Positions 1-11,820 of a stretch of 64,000 nt of DNA are shown here, piece after piece. The stretch spans positions 8,370,001-8,434,000 of the forward strand of contig CDPCPM010000026.1 in assembly GCA_976551045.1 (NCBI GenBank), in the 5' to 3' direction. Each line of letters begins with the position of its first letter. Position 1 is the stretch's first letter. A model generated the notes under the pieces. It saw only the letters and a list, made by a program, of their open reading frames with translations. It did not search any database and was not told where the DNA came from. The DNA is from Glaucostegus cemiculus (lineage: Eukaryota). Both the position numbers and the translations under genes were made by a program.

Positions 1-100
1 CTTCTTTAACTACAATGTCAATATCATCAACCTCCTTTGTGAAAACAGTCATGAAGTGCCCATTAAAAACTTGCCAACATTTACTACCTCCACACATAAA

Positions 101-391
101 TAAGATAAGATATCTTTATTAGTCACATGTACATTGCAACACACAATGAAATGTATCTTTGCATAAAGTATTCTGGGGTCAGCCCGCAAGTGTCGCCATG
201 CTTCCAGCGCCAACTAGCATGCCTGCACTTCCTAACCCCTATGTCTTTGGAATGTGGGAGGAAACTGGAGCACCCAGAGGAAACCCATGCAGGCGAGGGG
301 AGAACATACAAACTCCTTACAGACAGCAGCGGGAATTGAACCAAGGTCGCTGGTACTATGATAGCTTTATGCTAACCACTACACTACCGTG
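101..391 (-). mobile_element. tRNA-derived V-SINE, near full length
   Basis: Reverse complement has A box (TAGTGTAGTGG), B box (GGTTCAATTCCC), V-domain (gagtttgtatgttctcccc...gggtttcctctgggtgctccagtttcctcccaca) and AATAAA followed by a (TCTTA)n tail. A second copy is at 4646-4948. Confidence 0.88.
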
Positions 392-485
392 TCTCTCATA
401 CATTACCTATTTGGTCCCCAAAAAGCCCTTGATTATTTTCTTTCTCTACCCATACTTATAAAAAACATCTTGGGACTTTCTTTAA

Positions 486-680
486 TGAAAACAAAATTGC
501 TGGAAACACTCAGCAGGTCAGGCAGCATCTGTGAAAAGAGTAACAGGTTCTTAGGTTCTGACAAAGGTTCTCTGAACTGAAATATTATTTTTCTTTCCAC
601 AGATGCTACCTGACCTGCTGAATGTTTCCAGTTTTGTTTTAATCCCAGATTTCCACCATCAGCACTTTTCTCATTTTCAT
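486..680. mobile_element. Palindromic short element with hammerhead-like core (probably Penelope-derived)
   Basis: 34-bp inverted arms at 500-533 and 598-631 with 2 mismatches. Central CTGACAA-AGGTTC-TCT-GAACT-GAAA at 558-582. Confidence 0.8.
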
Positions 681-869
681 TTGGTTTAGGGTTTTCTTTG
701 CTTTCAATTACCAGTATTTACGTGCCCCCTCTTTGTGGCCTCTCAGTCTGTTCCCCTAACTATATAATCCCCTATAACTATTGACTTTTGTCCTTCCTCC
801 CTGTACAATGCCCATTCTGCAATGATCTTAGCTGTGGCTCCACTCCCCAGGGGAACCCTCCACCCTAGC

Positions 870-1125
870 AGTGTTAAGTTAAAAACCAAACTATCCTCAG
901 ATATCTTCTGATCTGCATGTCTGCTCTTTTTGCATGTCTGATGCTCTCCAGTTTATTCTCTGCAGCATCTTCTGGGAGCTGCAGGGTGACGACCTCCTGA
1001 ACAGCACAATCCATGAAATCTGCAGCTTGAGCTGAAGAGATTCTATGCACCTGTGGTTGACCCAAGATTGCACTCTTGAGGTGAGGCAAAATCTTCCCAC
1101 TGTGGAAGGAATGACAGAAGTCATA
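870..1125 (-). mobile_element. CR1 LINE ORF1 remnant
   Basis: Minus-strand ORFs give RCIESLQLKLQI and FMDCAVQEVVT, resembling the CR1 ORF1 pattern C..C.QL..L..RV...YLD..FQEVVTP. Confidence 0.5.
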
Positions 1126-1569
1126 GAATTAGAATGGATTTTATGGTGCCTCCTTTTTCTTGCTTGATCGTGAACACTTATCTATCAATATGAATGGTAC
1201 GTGGGCTTCTGCTCATAAGGGAGAGCAGTATTCAGCTATGGAAAAGATCAAGAATGGATAGAAGTTAAAAAATTCTAAAATATTAAATTTTAGTTGCACT
1301 CGTTGAGAACACCTTATCAAACTCCATTCTGATGGCAAAGATGGACATCTCATCTCATTTCTCTACTTCAGGGATAATAATGGATCTGGAGCCTCAGGAT
1401 TCTGGAGGAACCCAACCCAATACTGATGAATGGGTTATTGGTGAGCAACTGGAGCTTGTTGGTATTGCCTGATGGTATAGTAATTCGCCTGACTGGACAT
1501 GTCCTGCTTTGTTAGGGACCTAACCCCTTTGTTGACTAGATGTGAGTGTTGTTTGGGTTGGGTTACAAA

Positions 1570-1940
1570 GTAGTTCCATTTTTGGACTAGGAACCCTAAG
1601 GGATAGACCAATAATCTCCATATATGAGTTGAAATCCTCTCAGTGTGCCTGGGGAAAATCAAACCCAAATAATTAAATAAATCTGGAATGGAAAAGTAGT
1701 GATAAAAATGCTAGAAATAGCAGTTCAGATGGAATCTGTGGAGAAAGAAAGAGAGTTAACATTTCAGGTCAATGATTTTTTTACATTTAGTTTATTTCAG
1801 ATTTCTGATAGTGGTGGGGACTATAATAAAACAAAAGCCATTTGGTTCAGTATGTTTGTTAGGGAGAGAAATCTGCAGGTCAAACCTTGGGCAGTCTGCT
1901 AGCACACATGTAACTTCAGGGCTGATGAATCTTTATTTCT
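1570..1940 (+). mobile_element. Old tRNA-derived SINE with a nested half-palindrome insert at about 1700-1810
   Basis: Head ggactag...gagttgaaatcc (B-box-like)...aattaaataaatctggaat. The body resumes with aaaagccatttggttca...agggagagaaatctgc. A related head is on the minus strand at about 41350-41460. Confidence 0.6.
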
Positions 1941-2069
1941 TCATGTTGAACGCCACTGTAAATAAACATTGAGGAAAACGAGGGTCTGAAAAGTACTCTG
2001 AGGGGGAAACTTCAATGTTCATCACTAAGTGTAGCTTGGTAGCAGCACCATTGTCTAAGCTAGTTAGGT

Positions 2070-2900
2070 CTCAAAGGGCAATGTTAGCAGAATGGATCTG
2101 TGGCAGTTGGCAAGAGAACCAACGTGAGAGAAGAACCTTCTTGACCTCTTCCTCATTAAATTTGGTGTCACAGATGCATCTCTGAAGTGGAATTGGCAGA
2201 ACTGGCTGAAACAGGGTCCTTATGGAAGTGAAGTCCTATCTACAAACTGCACAAACTCCACGCTACATGAAGTAGGTTCTGACCAGATCTAACAACTCAA
2301 AGCTGGGCATCTGTGAAGTAACGTGGGCGATTATCAGCAACCAAGTGGCATTACATAACATAGTATGCATACACTCATCCCCTGATATATCTCTCACCAT
2401 CCTTGCCATCCCTAACCAATACAGGAGTGCGAGAGATCACGCCAGGTGCAGCACTAGGCATAAATGAGGCAGTTCGCTACATTACAGGAACAGTACAATA
2501 TGGACAGAGCTAAACAACCAAGGGATGACATCAAAGCTTCGTAGTCTTGCCATATCCAGTTGAGAATGATGTTAGAAAACTAAATAGCTCAGTGGGCATT
2601 CCATGGACATCTCCATTATCCACACTGGTGAATGAAACCCAGCATAGGTGGAAAAGGCAAGTTTGTAACAGTTTCACCCAGAAATGCCAAATGGATAAAC
2701 CATCTGGCTTCCTCTTGTGCTCCCCACCATCATAGTAAGAAGTCTTTAACCCATTGATTCCCTTTGCATTGTATCAAATAACAAATGATCCTACTGGACA
2801 TATCAAAGACTGTTGGATCCAACAATATACTGGCTATAGTCCTGACCAAGCTGTCTCTGTATAGCTACAACATTAACATTTACCTGATCATGTGAAAAAA
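2070..2900 (+). mobile_element. Decayed CR1/L2-group LINE (endonuclease end to linker)
   Basis: Remnants REPT*EKNLLDL, SWASV, KLRSLAISS*E and FTQKCQMDKPS, with many stops and frameshifts. Confidence 0.7.
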
Positions 2901-4645
2901 ATACCTTGGTAAGTTTTAAAATTAGTTTCAGCAACTTAGGAGAATGAAGGCTAGTTGAGATCAAAGAACAGTTGTTGTCACATGAATAGTGGTACAGTAA
3001 GAGTGTTAAATATACAAATATGCTAATACAATAATGTAAATAATCTACTTAAAGCTAAGCTGACCTCTGAAGAAGCTGCTCTGAAAGTTGATGTTTTTGC
3101 AGATATCCATTACTGTAAAAAGTGTTCTAACGAACAGTTTAATGGATATAAACCAAAATATTTAGAATAAATTTGTCTTGCTCTTTCAGCCTGCATGAAT
3201 CTTTGAAAAGGGCAAACATGCTTTTTAACCCAAAAGATTTTAGCAAATGTTATGCTGAAGGCAATCATTTCTCTCATTTCACTCCATTTCTATAGGTTAA
3301 CAATTGAATATTTAAGAAGTAAGAGCACATGCAAGATATGCTGCTAAAATTTGGCAGCACTGCATAATTTATTTCCAGAAATAACTGATCACTAAATTAC
3401 CGTCATGCAATTGCCAACTATAGTGTATTAGTTTTCCAGACTATTTAATTTTTTCTTCAGACTTCTTCTCTCCTGCAAAGTGGGGACAATATAGTTTAAG
3501 CAGCATTACAGTGATGAATGATTGCTCTATCATAACCAGCAAAATCTAGGAGAAATAGCTGTGAGGCAATGTCAAGGTTTTGCTTATTCTCCTATACCTC
3601 ATCCAGAATTGATGGATAATGTCCAGTACTTAGCAACCTGGTTAATGATCAACAGAACGAAGCAAAACTGAAATGAAGGAAGTTTATATGTCAACTAATT
3701 GTGAGTCTATTTTGCATCTATTAACTGAGTACACTTTTCACTCTGGCACAATACCAACATTTCATTGAAAACTTTTAATCTGTGTACTTCTATTTTCTTA
3801 TTTTACTTATTGAATTCAACATTATTGAATACACTTTAACCAAGCTATGAAAATCAATGCCACTGATCTGGTATGGAAGCCTCAGATTTGAATTACTGAG
3901 GGAAATTGCTCATGATTAGTGATTGGCAGATTTAGTAAAACATTTGATTGTATGGTCCCATTGGAATCACATATACACTCCCAAAGCAAACAGAGCATGC
4001 AGTTATTTGTTGCTCAACAGACATATAATACCTGTCCATTCACAATGATCCACAAACTGTGTGGCCGATATACAGAAAATGAGGTTTAAACAGCAGGAAG
4101 ATGTCCTGCACTTATGCAGTATAAGGGGATCACAGTAGAATATGTAAATATGTGTGGCATAACATACGATCTTCTGTAGTCCAAGGAGAACCTTTGAATG
4201 AACTAGATACATTGCATGTGATCTCCTGCTGGCTCATGTGTATTAGTCTGTACACGTTATAATGGGCCATCAGATGTTAAGAACCTCAGTGGACATATAT
4301 TATAATTACTATGTTGTGTTAAGGATTCAGATAGAGGGAATCTTGTTGAGGTTCACCAGTCTGACTTCTGACACTGCAGTGACTGTGGAGATTTCTTTCT
4401 GAATAGTGAGGCAAGGCCTTGTAAAGAGGCACTCTAATCATGGGCCTCCAGCATGTCCAGGAGGAGAGCGTCTAAAGGTAAGGCTCCCTTTACAAATGCA
4501 TTCAAAGGAGAAGGGGGAGAAAGGTTCTGAGTTCCAGGAGCAACCCTATCAGCTGCACCTGTATGAGGAGCATTGCATCCAGAGGCTATGAGCTCAAATC
4601 ATGTAAATGTCCCTGAGCTACTCTACATGTGGATATGAAGGTAAT

Positions 4646-4948
4646 ATAAGAGATAAGATTTCTTTATTAGTTACATGTACGTCGGAACACACAGTGGAAT
4701 TCATCTTTTTGCATAGAGTGTTCTGGGGGCACACCTCAAGTGTCGCCACTCTTCCGGCGTCAACATAGCATGCCCACAACTTCCTAAACTGTATGTCCTT
4801 GAAATGTGGAAGGGAACAGGAGCATCCAGAGGAAACCCACACAGACACAGGGAGAATGTACAAACTCCTTATGGATAGAGGCAGAAATTGAACTCAGGTC
4901 TCTGGCGCTGTAAAGTGTTACGCTAACTGCTACACAACCGTCCCTGCC
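4646..4948 (-). mobile_element. tRNA-derived V-SINE, same family as 101-391
   Basis: Colinear similarity to 101-391 over about 290 bp, including head, V-domain and tail. Confidence 0.88.
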
Positions 4949-5185
4949 CATAAATCACAGGAAACACCAACATTTAAAGAGCTTCTCTTCATTTTAAAAT
5001 ACTCCAACCTAGAAGTGTTATAATTTAATGTAGTGTAAAAATATGACATATAGCTAGGATGTAGACAGTGCAGTTAGAGAGTTGAATAAAATGTGTTGAG
5101 TCACACATTTTAGCAACTCTCCATGTCTCTTCATGTTTCCCTGCATATATCTTGTATTGTCCAGATTTGAGGTGAAGGAACGCAT

Positions 5186-5201
5186 ACACACACACACACA
5201 C
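5186..5201. repeat. (AC)n microsatellite
   Basis: Direct dinucleotide run. Confidence 0.85.
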
Positions 5202-6427
5202 TTTACAAACCGGTGACAAGAATTGAAGGAAAAAGGCTCGTGATAAAGTAAATAGTGACATGATAGTGACAATGTATAATAAAACAGACTTTAAATCTAT
5301 CGAGGTGTGTAAGTCAACAGTTTATGGGATGAGTCTGGAAGCTTGCAATCTTTCACTTTAACTTTGAACCCACACAAGGATTAGTTTAAGTATTTTGCAA
5401 CCTCTGTATGCAAGAAACAACAGTGATAGGATCAAAAAGCACAGAAGAAAGAGTAACATAGGGTGTAATCGCCCTCAAGCAGAAACCTCTATCCAGTCTG
5501 ACTTCAATTGTCTGAGTTATTTTTTGCTCATCGATGTTGCCCAATTAATGTAATCACCTGAAGCTACTAGTTATTCTATTTGCTGATCATTATGAGTCAC
5601 TAAAAATATAATCTGCCTAACCCCTTTCAATATTTTGCCTGAATAATTTTTCAAGTTCACCCGACTCATGATTAGAAGAGGTCAAAGTAGTTCCTCAGAC
5701 TGAAAAGCTGGCTACTTTGGGAGACTTGGTGCTTATGAATGCATGTGAGAACATTACAGAGAGCCACAAGTTTGGAACTAGGAAGGAAGGTAAGACTGTC
5801 AACAAATACAATACCACACTGAAGCACCAGTCACCAGAATGAAAGCATGTTTCACATCAGAAATAGTAGTTGATGACTTTCCGGTTACTGCAATGGACAT
5901 GGCCAAGAAAACACAAAAATAAATCTTTCTCAAAAACCAAAAAATCCTCTGAAATTACTGGAAGTTTAAGTAAACCGATGCCAGTGACCTCTCCCAGGCC
6001 ATCATTCTCAACATTGAGACCTTGGTCACTCTCAGTCGGTTATATGGGCAGACCACGTTGTTTGCATGGCTGACACCAGATTCCCAAAACAGACACTTTA
6101 TTCCAAACACTGAAATGGAAGGAGGTTAGCAGATGGACAGAGAAAATGATTCAAGGGTTTATGCAAAGCTTCCTTGGAGAAGTGCAATATCCCCACTGAC
6201 TCACATCCACTTGCTTTATCAGGCACTACCTGTCCCATCTGTAGAAGGCACTGTGATCCCCACATTGAATGAATTAGCCACTCAGAATCCAAATAACAAA
6301 GTGGATCTGAGGCATCCTCCATTCCAAGGGACCAGCTAAGAAGATCAGCAAAAAAAACTTTAAACATTTAGTTGGATCAGATAATTTTCTAGATAAAGAC
6401 ATGAGACTGCACTAAAAGTAATGGTAT

Positions 6428-7010
6428 GAATTATTGGTAGAAGAAGGTTGTGGGAAATGGGTATACATAGTTGTCATACCTAATGTGTTGCGAAGACAAA
6501 CTTTAGAAGAGCTTCACAATGAAAGTTCTGGTATTGTAAATTTAAAGGCAATAGCCAGAAGCATCACTTATTGACTGGGATTAGATAACAATATTGAAGG
6601 ACTGGTAGATCAATGTACTACCTGTAAACATTACAGAGTCAGTCCAGCAAAGACCCTCTTACTGAGTTGGAAATGACCAAAGAGACCTTTCCAGAGAGTA
6701 CATATTGATTATTGTGAGAAAGGGAACAACAACTTTGTGCTGCTCATTGATAATCACTTAAAGTGGATCAAGGTCGAACATATTGGGCCCTGCACTACAA
6801 AAGAGCATATTATTGAAGAATTTAGATCCATTATTCATGGATTATCTGAAGAGCTACTCTTAGATATTTTTTGTTATTTTGCTATTTTTACTTGAACACT
6901 TTATGAATCCAAAATGGTGTTAACTATTCCCTTACTTCACTGTATCACCCATAATCAAGTGTGCAACTGAGAGATTGATGTGAATTGTCAAAAAATACTG
7001 AACGAATAGG
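6428..7010 (+). mobile_element. Ty3/Gypsy LTR retrotransposon integrase pseudogene fragment
   Basis: One frame from 6428 reads ELLVEEGCGKWVYIVVIPNVLRRQTLEELHNESSGIVNLKAIARSITY*LGLDNNIEGLVDQCTTCKH...SWK*PKRPFQRVHIDY...FVLLIDNHLKW...HGLSEELLLD, then NGVNYSLTSLYHP*S..ER. This is a degenerate H2C2 zinc-binding region plus the rve core. Weaker gag/RNase H-like remnants may extend back to about 5600. Confidence 0.88.
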
Positions 7011-7039
7011 CATTACAAGGATGAGACACCCAGATGCCT

Positions 7040-7752
7040 CCGTGCTACAAAACTGTGTAGTCTTCTTTCAGTTAGACAGTATTCATCTTTACTGAACTTC
7101 CTATCAAAGTGGATAACCTCATATTTCCACTAACTATCTGCCAAATGTTTAAGTTTTGCATATCCCTTTGCAGTTTCTTTGTGTGTTCCTCAAAGCATGC
7201 TTTACCAAATTTGACTTCATAACACTTTATCTAAATCAGTAATACAGATTGTAAATCACTGAGGTCTGAGTACTGATCACTGTGGCAATCCAGCTTGAAA
7301 ATTATCTGTTTATTTTATATGTCTTCTGCAAGATAGCCAAGATAACTATCTTACCCCAAACATCACGAGCTCTTAATTTGCATGATAGCCTTTTATGTGA
7401 CACTATATTTTTAGGAATTTCAAACATGCAACAGCTACTATGAATAGTATTTCAGGTAGGATCTCACCAACGCCCTAATCATCTGATAAGACTTCTACAC
7501 TATGATGCTCCACCTCCTTTGCAGTAAATGGAAATATTTCATTTGACTTCCTTAATACTTGCTGAACCTGCATGCTATCTAACTTGCTTTTTCAATCCTC
7601 AAAAACCTCTAATATGTTTGTCAAACATGATTTCCCTTTCATTAAATCATGTTGACTGCTTAATTGTATAATGATTTTCTAAATGTTTCTGCTACTATTT
7701 TCTCAAGAATAAATTCCAGCTTTTTTCCAAAGGCAGATGGTAGGTTAACTAG
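7040..7752 (-). mobile_element. Decayed CR1 LINE reverse transcriptase fragments
   Basis: Reverse complement shows remnants of PVSLTS and SQHGF.KGKSCLTN (agtcaacatgatttaatgaaagggaaatcatgtttgacaaac). Confidence 0.7.
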
Positions 7753-8934
7753 AAAAAAAAGTCAAGGTATGAAAAAATCACATAATAGAATTTGGCTGTT
7801 TACACTGTTTACCAAATCAGACATTTACTAATGGAGTGTTGGAGTAATAGTTGAAGAGGTGATACAAAGAGATGTGGAAATGGCAAAATTTGAAATGTAA
7901 ATCGCTTAGTTTCTGCAAGACATTTGCAAGGGAATATTAAAGAACTATGTGATTGTGAGTGTATTCTGGAAGATGACCCAGTGGAGATGGTATAAGCAAT
8001 ACAAGATTCTATTGAATTAAGTCAAAAAAATGACACCTTCCTCAAGCCATGCATTGGGCACAATGCCAATGACACCTTCCTTTGAGAAGATTTAAAAAAA
8101 CAGTGCATTGATTAAATCTGTAATTAATATTTGCCTATAAATTGCCTTTTCTTTTCAAAAAGGGGATAGCAGTGTGGTGTATATAAATATGCATGATGTT
8201 TGTGCATGTGCACATTGTAGAGATATGAGAAAAGTTCCAGCAGTTCTCTGAAATGCCTTAAACTTTGTATTGTTTAGACTATAAGTTAAGGAATGCATAC
8301 ACATATACAGACATTACACACGTGAAAATCAGGCTGCATGGAGGCCAATACCAGCTTGTTGCAGGGTTGTTCATTGAATATTTTCATGTGCTCACCTTGT
8401 TCAAGTGTTCAGATACATTAGTGCCAATTGGAATAAGTGTGCGCACTAATACTGAGGAATTTCAGGAGTCCTGCTCAACTATTGAAACCAACCCATGCTG
8501 CACTAGTTAAAAGGGCAGGTAATCAATGGCTGCAAACTCCACTGGAATTCATTGTGGAGCTCGGAGAATGCTGTCACATGAAGGGGTATCCCACTCCATA
8601 TCAATTGAGCTGCAAATCTTAGTGGAAGTCATGTCTCAGCGGTCCAAGAGGACGACAGATGATTGTGGGGGAAAAAAATGATGACCTCACTTGAGTGGTC
8701 AAGATCAGTGAACATCAATAAAGCGCATTTGCCAATAAATTTGCCAACATCCCTCACACTCTGCTCCCCACATTCTCCACACCCATCCCACAACAATTCC
8801 TAGCAATCAACCAGATATTCATCTGCACCACCACACTCTTAAATATTTACACTATTGCAGCCTTTGCACACACATATTTAGAAACTTACACTTGTGCCTC
8901 TTTTGCAATGGCAGACTCAACACACAGACTTACA

Positions 8935-9100
8935 TTACTGTTCCTGGGATCCTGCTGTGCATAAATTGGCTGCCCTATTTCCTGCATTACAATGGCAACT
9001 AAACTTTAAAAGAAGTGTTTTATTGGCTACATAGCATTTTAGGATGTCCTGAGATCATGAAAGGACCTGCACAAATGCAAGTCATTATTTCTTTCTTCTT
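8935..9100 (+). mobile_element. Deu-domain SINE (SacSINE1/AmnSINE1-like) 3' part
   Basis: gggatcctgctgtgcataaattggctgcc...tttcctgcattacaa...ggatgtcctgag..catgaaagg...aaatgcaagtc followed by a (ttc)n tail. Matches the recalled Deu domain and tail. Confidence 0.7.
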
Positions 9101-9307
9101 TTATGTTTTTACAGGCATAACAACAGAAGATTTTGGTGATAATTGGAATGATACAAGTGGAGTCACTTCAAGGGACTCACACAAGTATGATATACGTAAT
9201 ATTGGTGAGGCAGACGTAGAAGACACAGGTGGATCTTTTCCATCCTGGTCCACATTGACTTCAGTTTACAAATCATCCCCACAATATTAAACACATTTTT
9301 ACTTCAC

Positions 9308-10320
9308 AGAGTCATAATCATAGAATTATACAGCACAGAAACACACCACAACACCCATGCAGACTTCTTTTGCCCATCTACCTGAATTCCATTTGTCCAC
9401 ATTAGGACCATATCCTTCTATGCCTTGCCTATTTAAGTGTCTGGTTAAGTGCCTCTTAAATGAGAGGTAATTGTATTTGATTCCGCCACCTTCTGTGGCA
9501 GTAATTCCAGACATCAATCACTTCAAATCCCCTTTAAACTTCTTCCTCTCCCGCTCAACCTATGCTCTCTTATTTTTGATCCTCCTACCTTGGGAAAAAG
9601 ATTTTGAATATCTACCCTATCTATGCACCTTATACACCTCTGTCAGAGCATCCCTCAGCCTCCTTTACTCCAGGCAAAACAAGCTCAGCCTATCCAATCC
9701 CTCTCCAGACCTAAAGCCCTCCAATCCAGGCAACATCCTTGTGAATCTCCTCTACACTCTCTCCAGCGCAGTCACATCCATCCTATAGTGTGGTGACCAG
9801 GACCGGACACAATACTCCAAGTGCAACCTGACTACTGTTTTGTAAAATTGCAACATCACTTCCCAACTTTTATGTTCTATGCCCTGACCTAAGCATGCCA
9901 TATGCCTTCTTCACCACCCTATTGTACTGTGTTGCCACTTTCAGGGAACAATGGTCTTAGACCCCTAGGTCTCTCTATTCATCAACATTCCTAAGTTCCA
10001 CACCATTTGCTGTATACTTCCTTCCTCTATTTGACTTTTCAATGTGTATCAGCTCACATTTGTCAGGATTAACTTCCATCTGCCAATGCCCTGCTCACAT
10101 TTCCAATTGATCTATATACTGTTGAAGCCTTAGACAACCTGAGAATTAGACAATCTTCCTGGCTATCCACAACACCACCAACTTCTGTGTCATCTGCAGA
10201 CTTACAAATCATCCCTCTCATATTCACATCCAAGTCATTAAAATATATCACAAACAGTAAATGCCTCAGCACCAATCCCTATGGTACACCATTAGTCACA
10301 GACTTCCAATCATTAAGCAT
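9308..10320 (-). mobile_element. CR1/HER1 LINE, 5'-truncated (RT C-terminal half and 3' tail)
   Basis: Minus-strand ORF LLFVIYFNDLDVNMRGMICKSADDTEVGGVVDS (degenerate FADD motif), LEYCVRSWSPHYRMDV, and tail ...gctgtataattctatgattatgactct. Confidence 0.9.
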
Positions 10321-10324
10321 TTCT

Positions 10325-10555
10325 TGAAAACCAAAAAAATTGCAGATGCAGAAAATCTAAAGCAAAAACAGAAAATGCTGAAAATACTTGGCAGATCAAG
10401 CCTCGTCTGTGGGAAGAGAAACAGAGCTGATGTTTTAGGTTGGAGATCTGTCAACAGGTCTCTGATCCGAAACTTTAACTCTTTTTTTATTTCCACAGGT
10501 GAAGCCTGACCTGTTGCATACAGTATTTCCCGTATTTTCTGTTTTTGTTTTAGAT
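10325..10555. mobile_element. Palindromic short element with hammerhead-like core
   Basis: Arms aatctaaagcaaaaacagaaaat and attttctgtttttgttttagatt. Core CTGTCAA-C-AGGTC-TCT-GATCC-GAAAC at 10448-10473. Confidence 0.8.
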
Positions 10556-11795
10556 TAAACATTTTTTCATTTGTGTTGTGTTTCATCCGGTTAAAAGAAC
10601 TTTGTCTTCATGAAAAAGCATTTGGTAGATTTTGAGAATCATTTATAAGTAAATGGTGCTTTCGTATAAATGAAGCTGGATATAGTCACTTTATTGAAGT
10701 GGTGGTCAATGACTTCTGATTATTGACATTTGAACATATGACCACATTCCAGACTGCTCTGTGAATTCAAAGCAGACTCAAGATTGCCAATGGCCATTTG
10801 TTCATGTTGTTTAATCAAGTATTGTTCACAACTGTTAATGCATTAAACTTCTGAAGTTGAGTATCTGTTGTTGAATATAAAGCCACATGATTTTGCAACA
10901 GTCAAAAGTTTACTATAAAGAAATTGAGGGTGGCCTTGAGTTGCAGAAGGACAAGGTCTTTCATTCATGTATCAGTAACTAATAATAACATGTGCAACAC
11001 TCTGATTTCCCTCTTAACCAGCAATAATACAAAATTCACCGAAATGTAACTGGTTGTAATGAAAGGTTGGAATGACCTGATAACACAGTAATCCCATCGT
11101 TCGCTCATATACATCACTCTGCAGCCAGAACCTCCCTGATGTTTCCCCTTCCTTGCAATGCCCTTTTCCTCTTTTGTTTTGCCTCCAACCATTATGATAT
11201 CCCTTTCTGTCCTGAGATATACTAATCACCACCCTCATCATGTCCCAACTATCCCATGTAATTGCCCCCAATGCTTGTGATATCCTCCCACCTCCCACAA
11301 CATCTCATTCACCCCCCCCATGATATTCAGCTTCCACTCACTAGTGTTTGAAGTTCCAGTCTCTCTGCCCCAAAATGACATCCTCTTACCTTCCCCTACA
11401 ACATCCACACCACCGCAATGTCACATTCACCTTACTCTCTGATAATTTTAAACAGGTCTCACTACTAACTTGGGCAGGAATAGCAGAAAATCTTCACCTT
11501 ACCCTTGTGATTTAATTATTGGCCCCAATGTACCATAGATTACAAACCTTCCTTCTCCCTTGACCTTGGACATTTCATTGAAGATCCTTGATTTCAGTCA
11601 CTTTTCTCCCCTATTCTCTCACCTGTGGAGCAATCTTTCCCCAAAAACTCAAACTAAAGCCTAAAGTTTTTGCTCAACTTACTGCTGGCTGCATGCCTCT
11701 TTGCTCTGCAGAAATTGCTGGGTCACACATCTACACCATTCCTCTGTTTCCTCCCCATTGCCCCCCCACCCCCCTCCGTGGCTACACTGCCATCA

Positions 11796-11820
11796 CTCTC
11801 TCTCTCTCTCTCTCTCTCTC
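11796..11820. repeat. (CT)n microsatellite within a long pyrimidine-rich tract
   Basis: Direct run; a short (CCAT)n also lies at about 11933-11950. Confidence 0.9.

Larger units (their letters stand above)
1..760 (-). mobile_element. Decayed CR1-clade LINE ORF2 fragment interrupted by two younger inserts
   Basis: Minus strand shows remnants of the CR1 stretch K(E/N)NPK.FYKY...GNLCVE...LNEYFASVFTKE (gactgttttcacaaaggag = TVFTKE) on either side of inserts at 101-391 and 486-680. Confidence 0.7.

Noticed and set aside
320-391. tRNA gene (also 4880-4948)
   Set aside because: The A and B boxes belong to SINE heads that continue into the V-domain; no complete cloverleaf.
6428-6866. TGA as Trp or Sec recoding in the integrase frame
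   Set aside because: Nuclear vertebrate context, other inactivating changes and no start codon; simple TGG to TGA mutation explains it.
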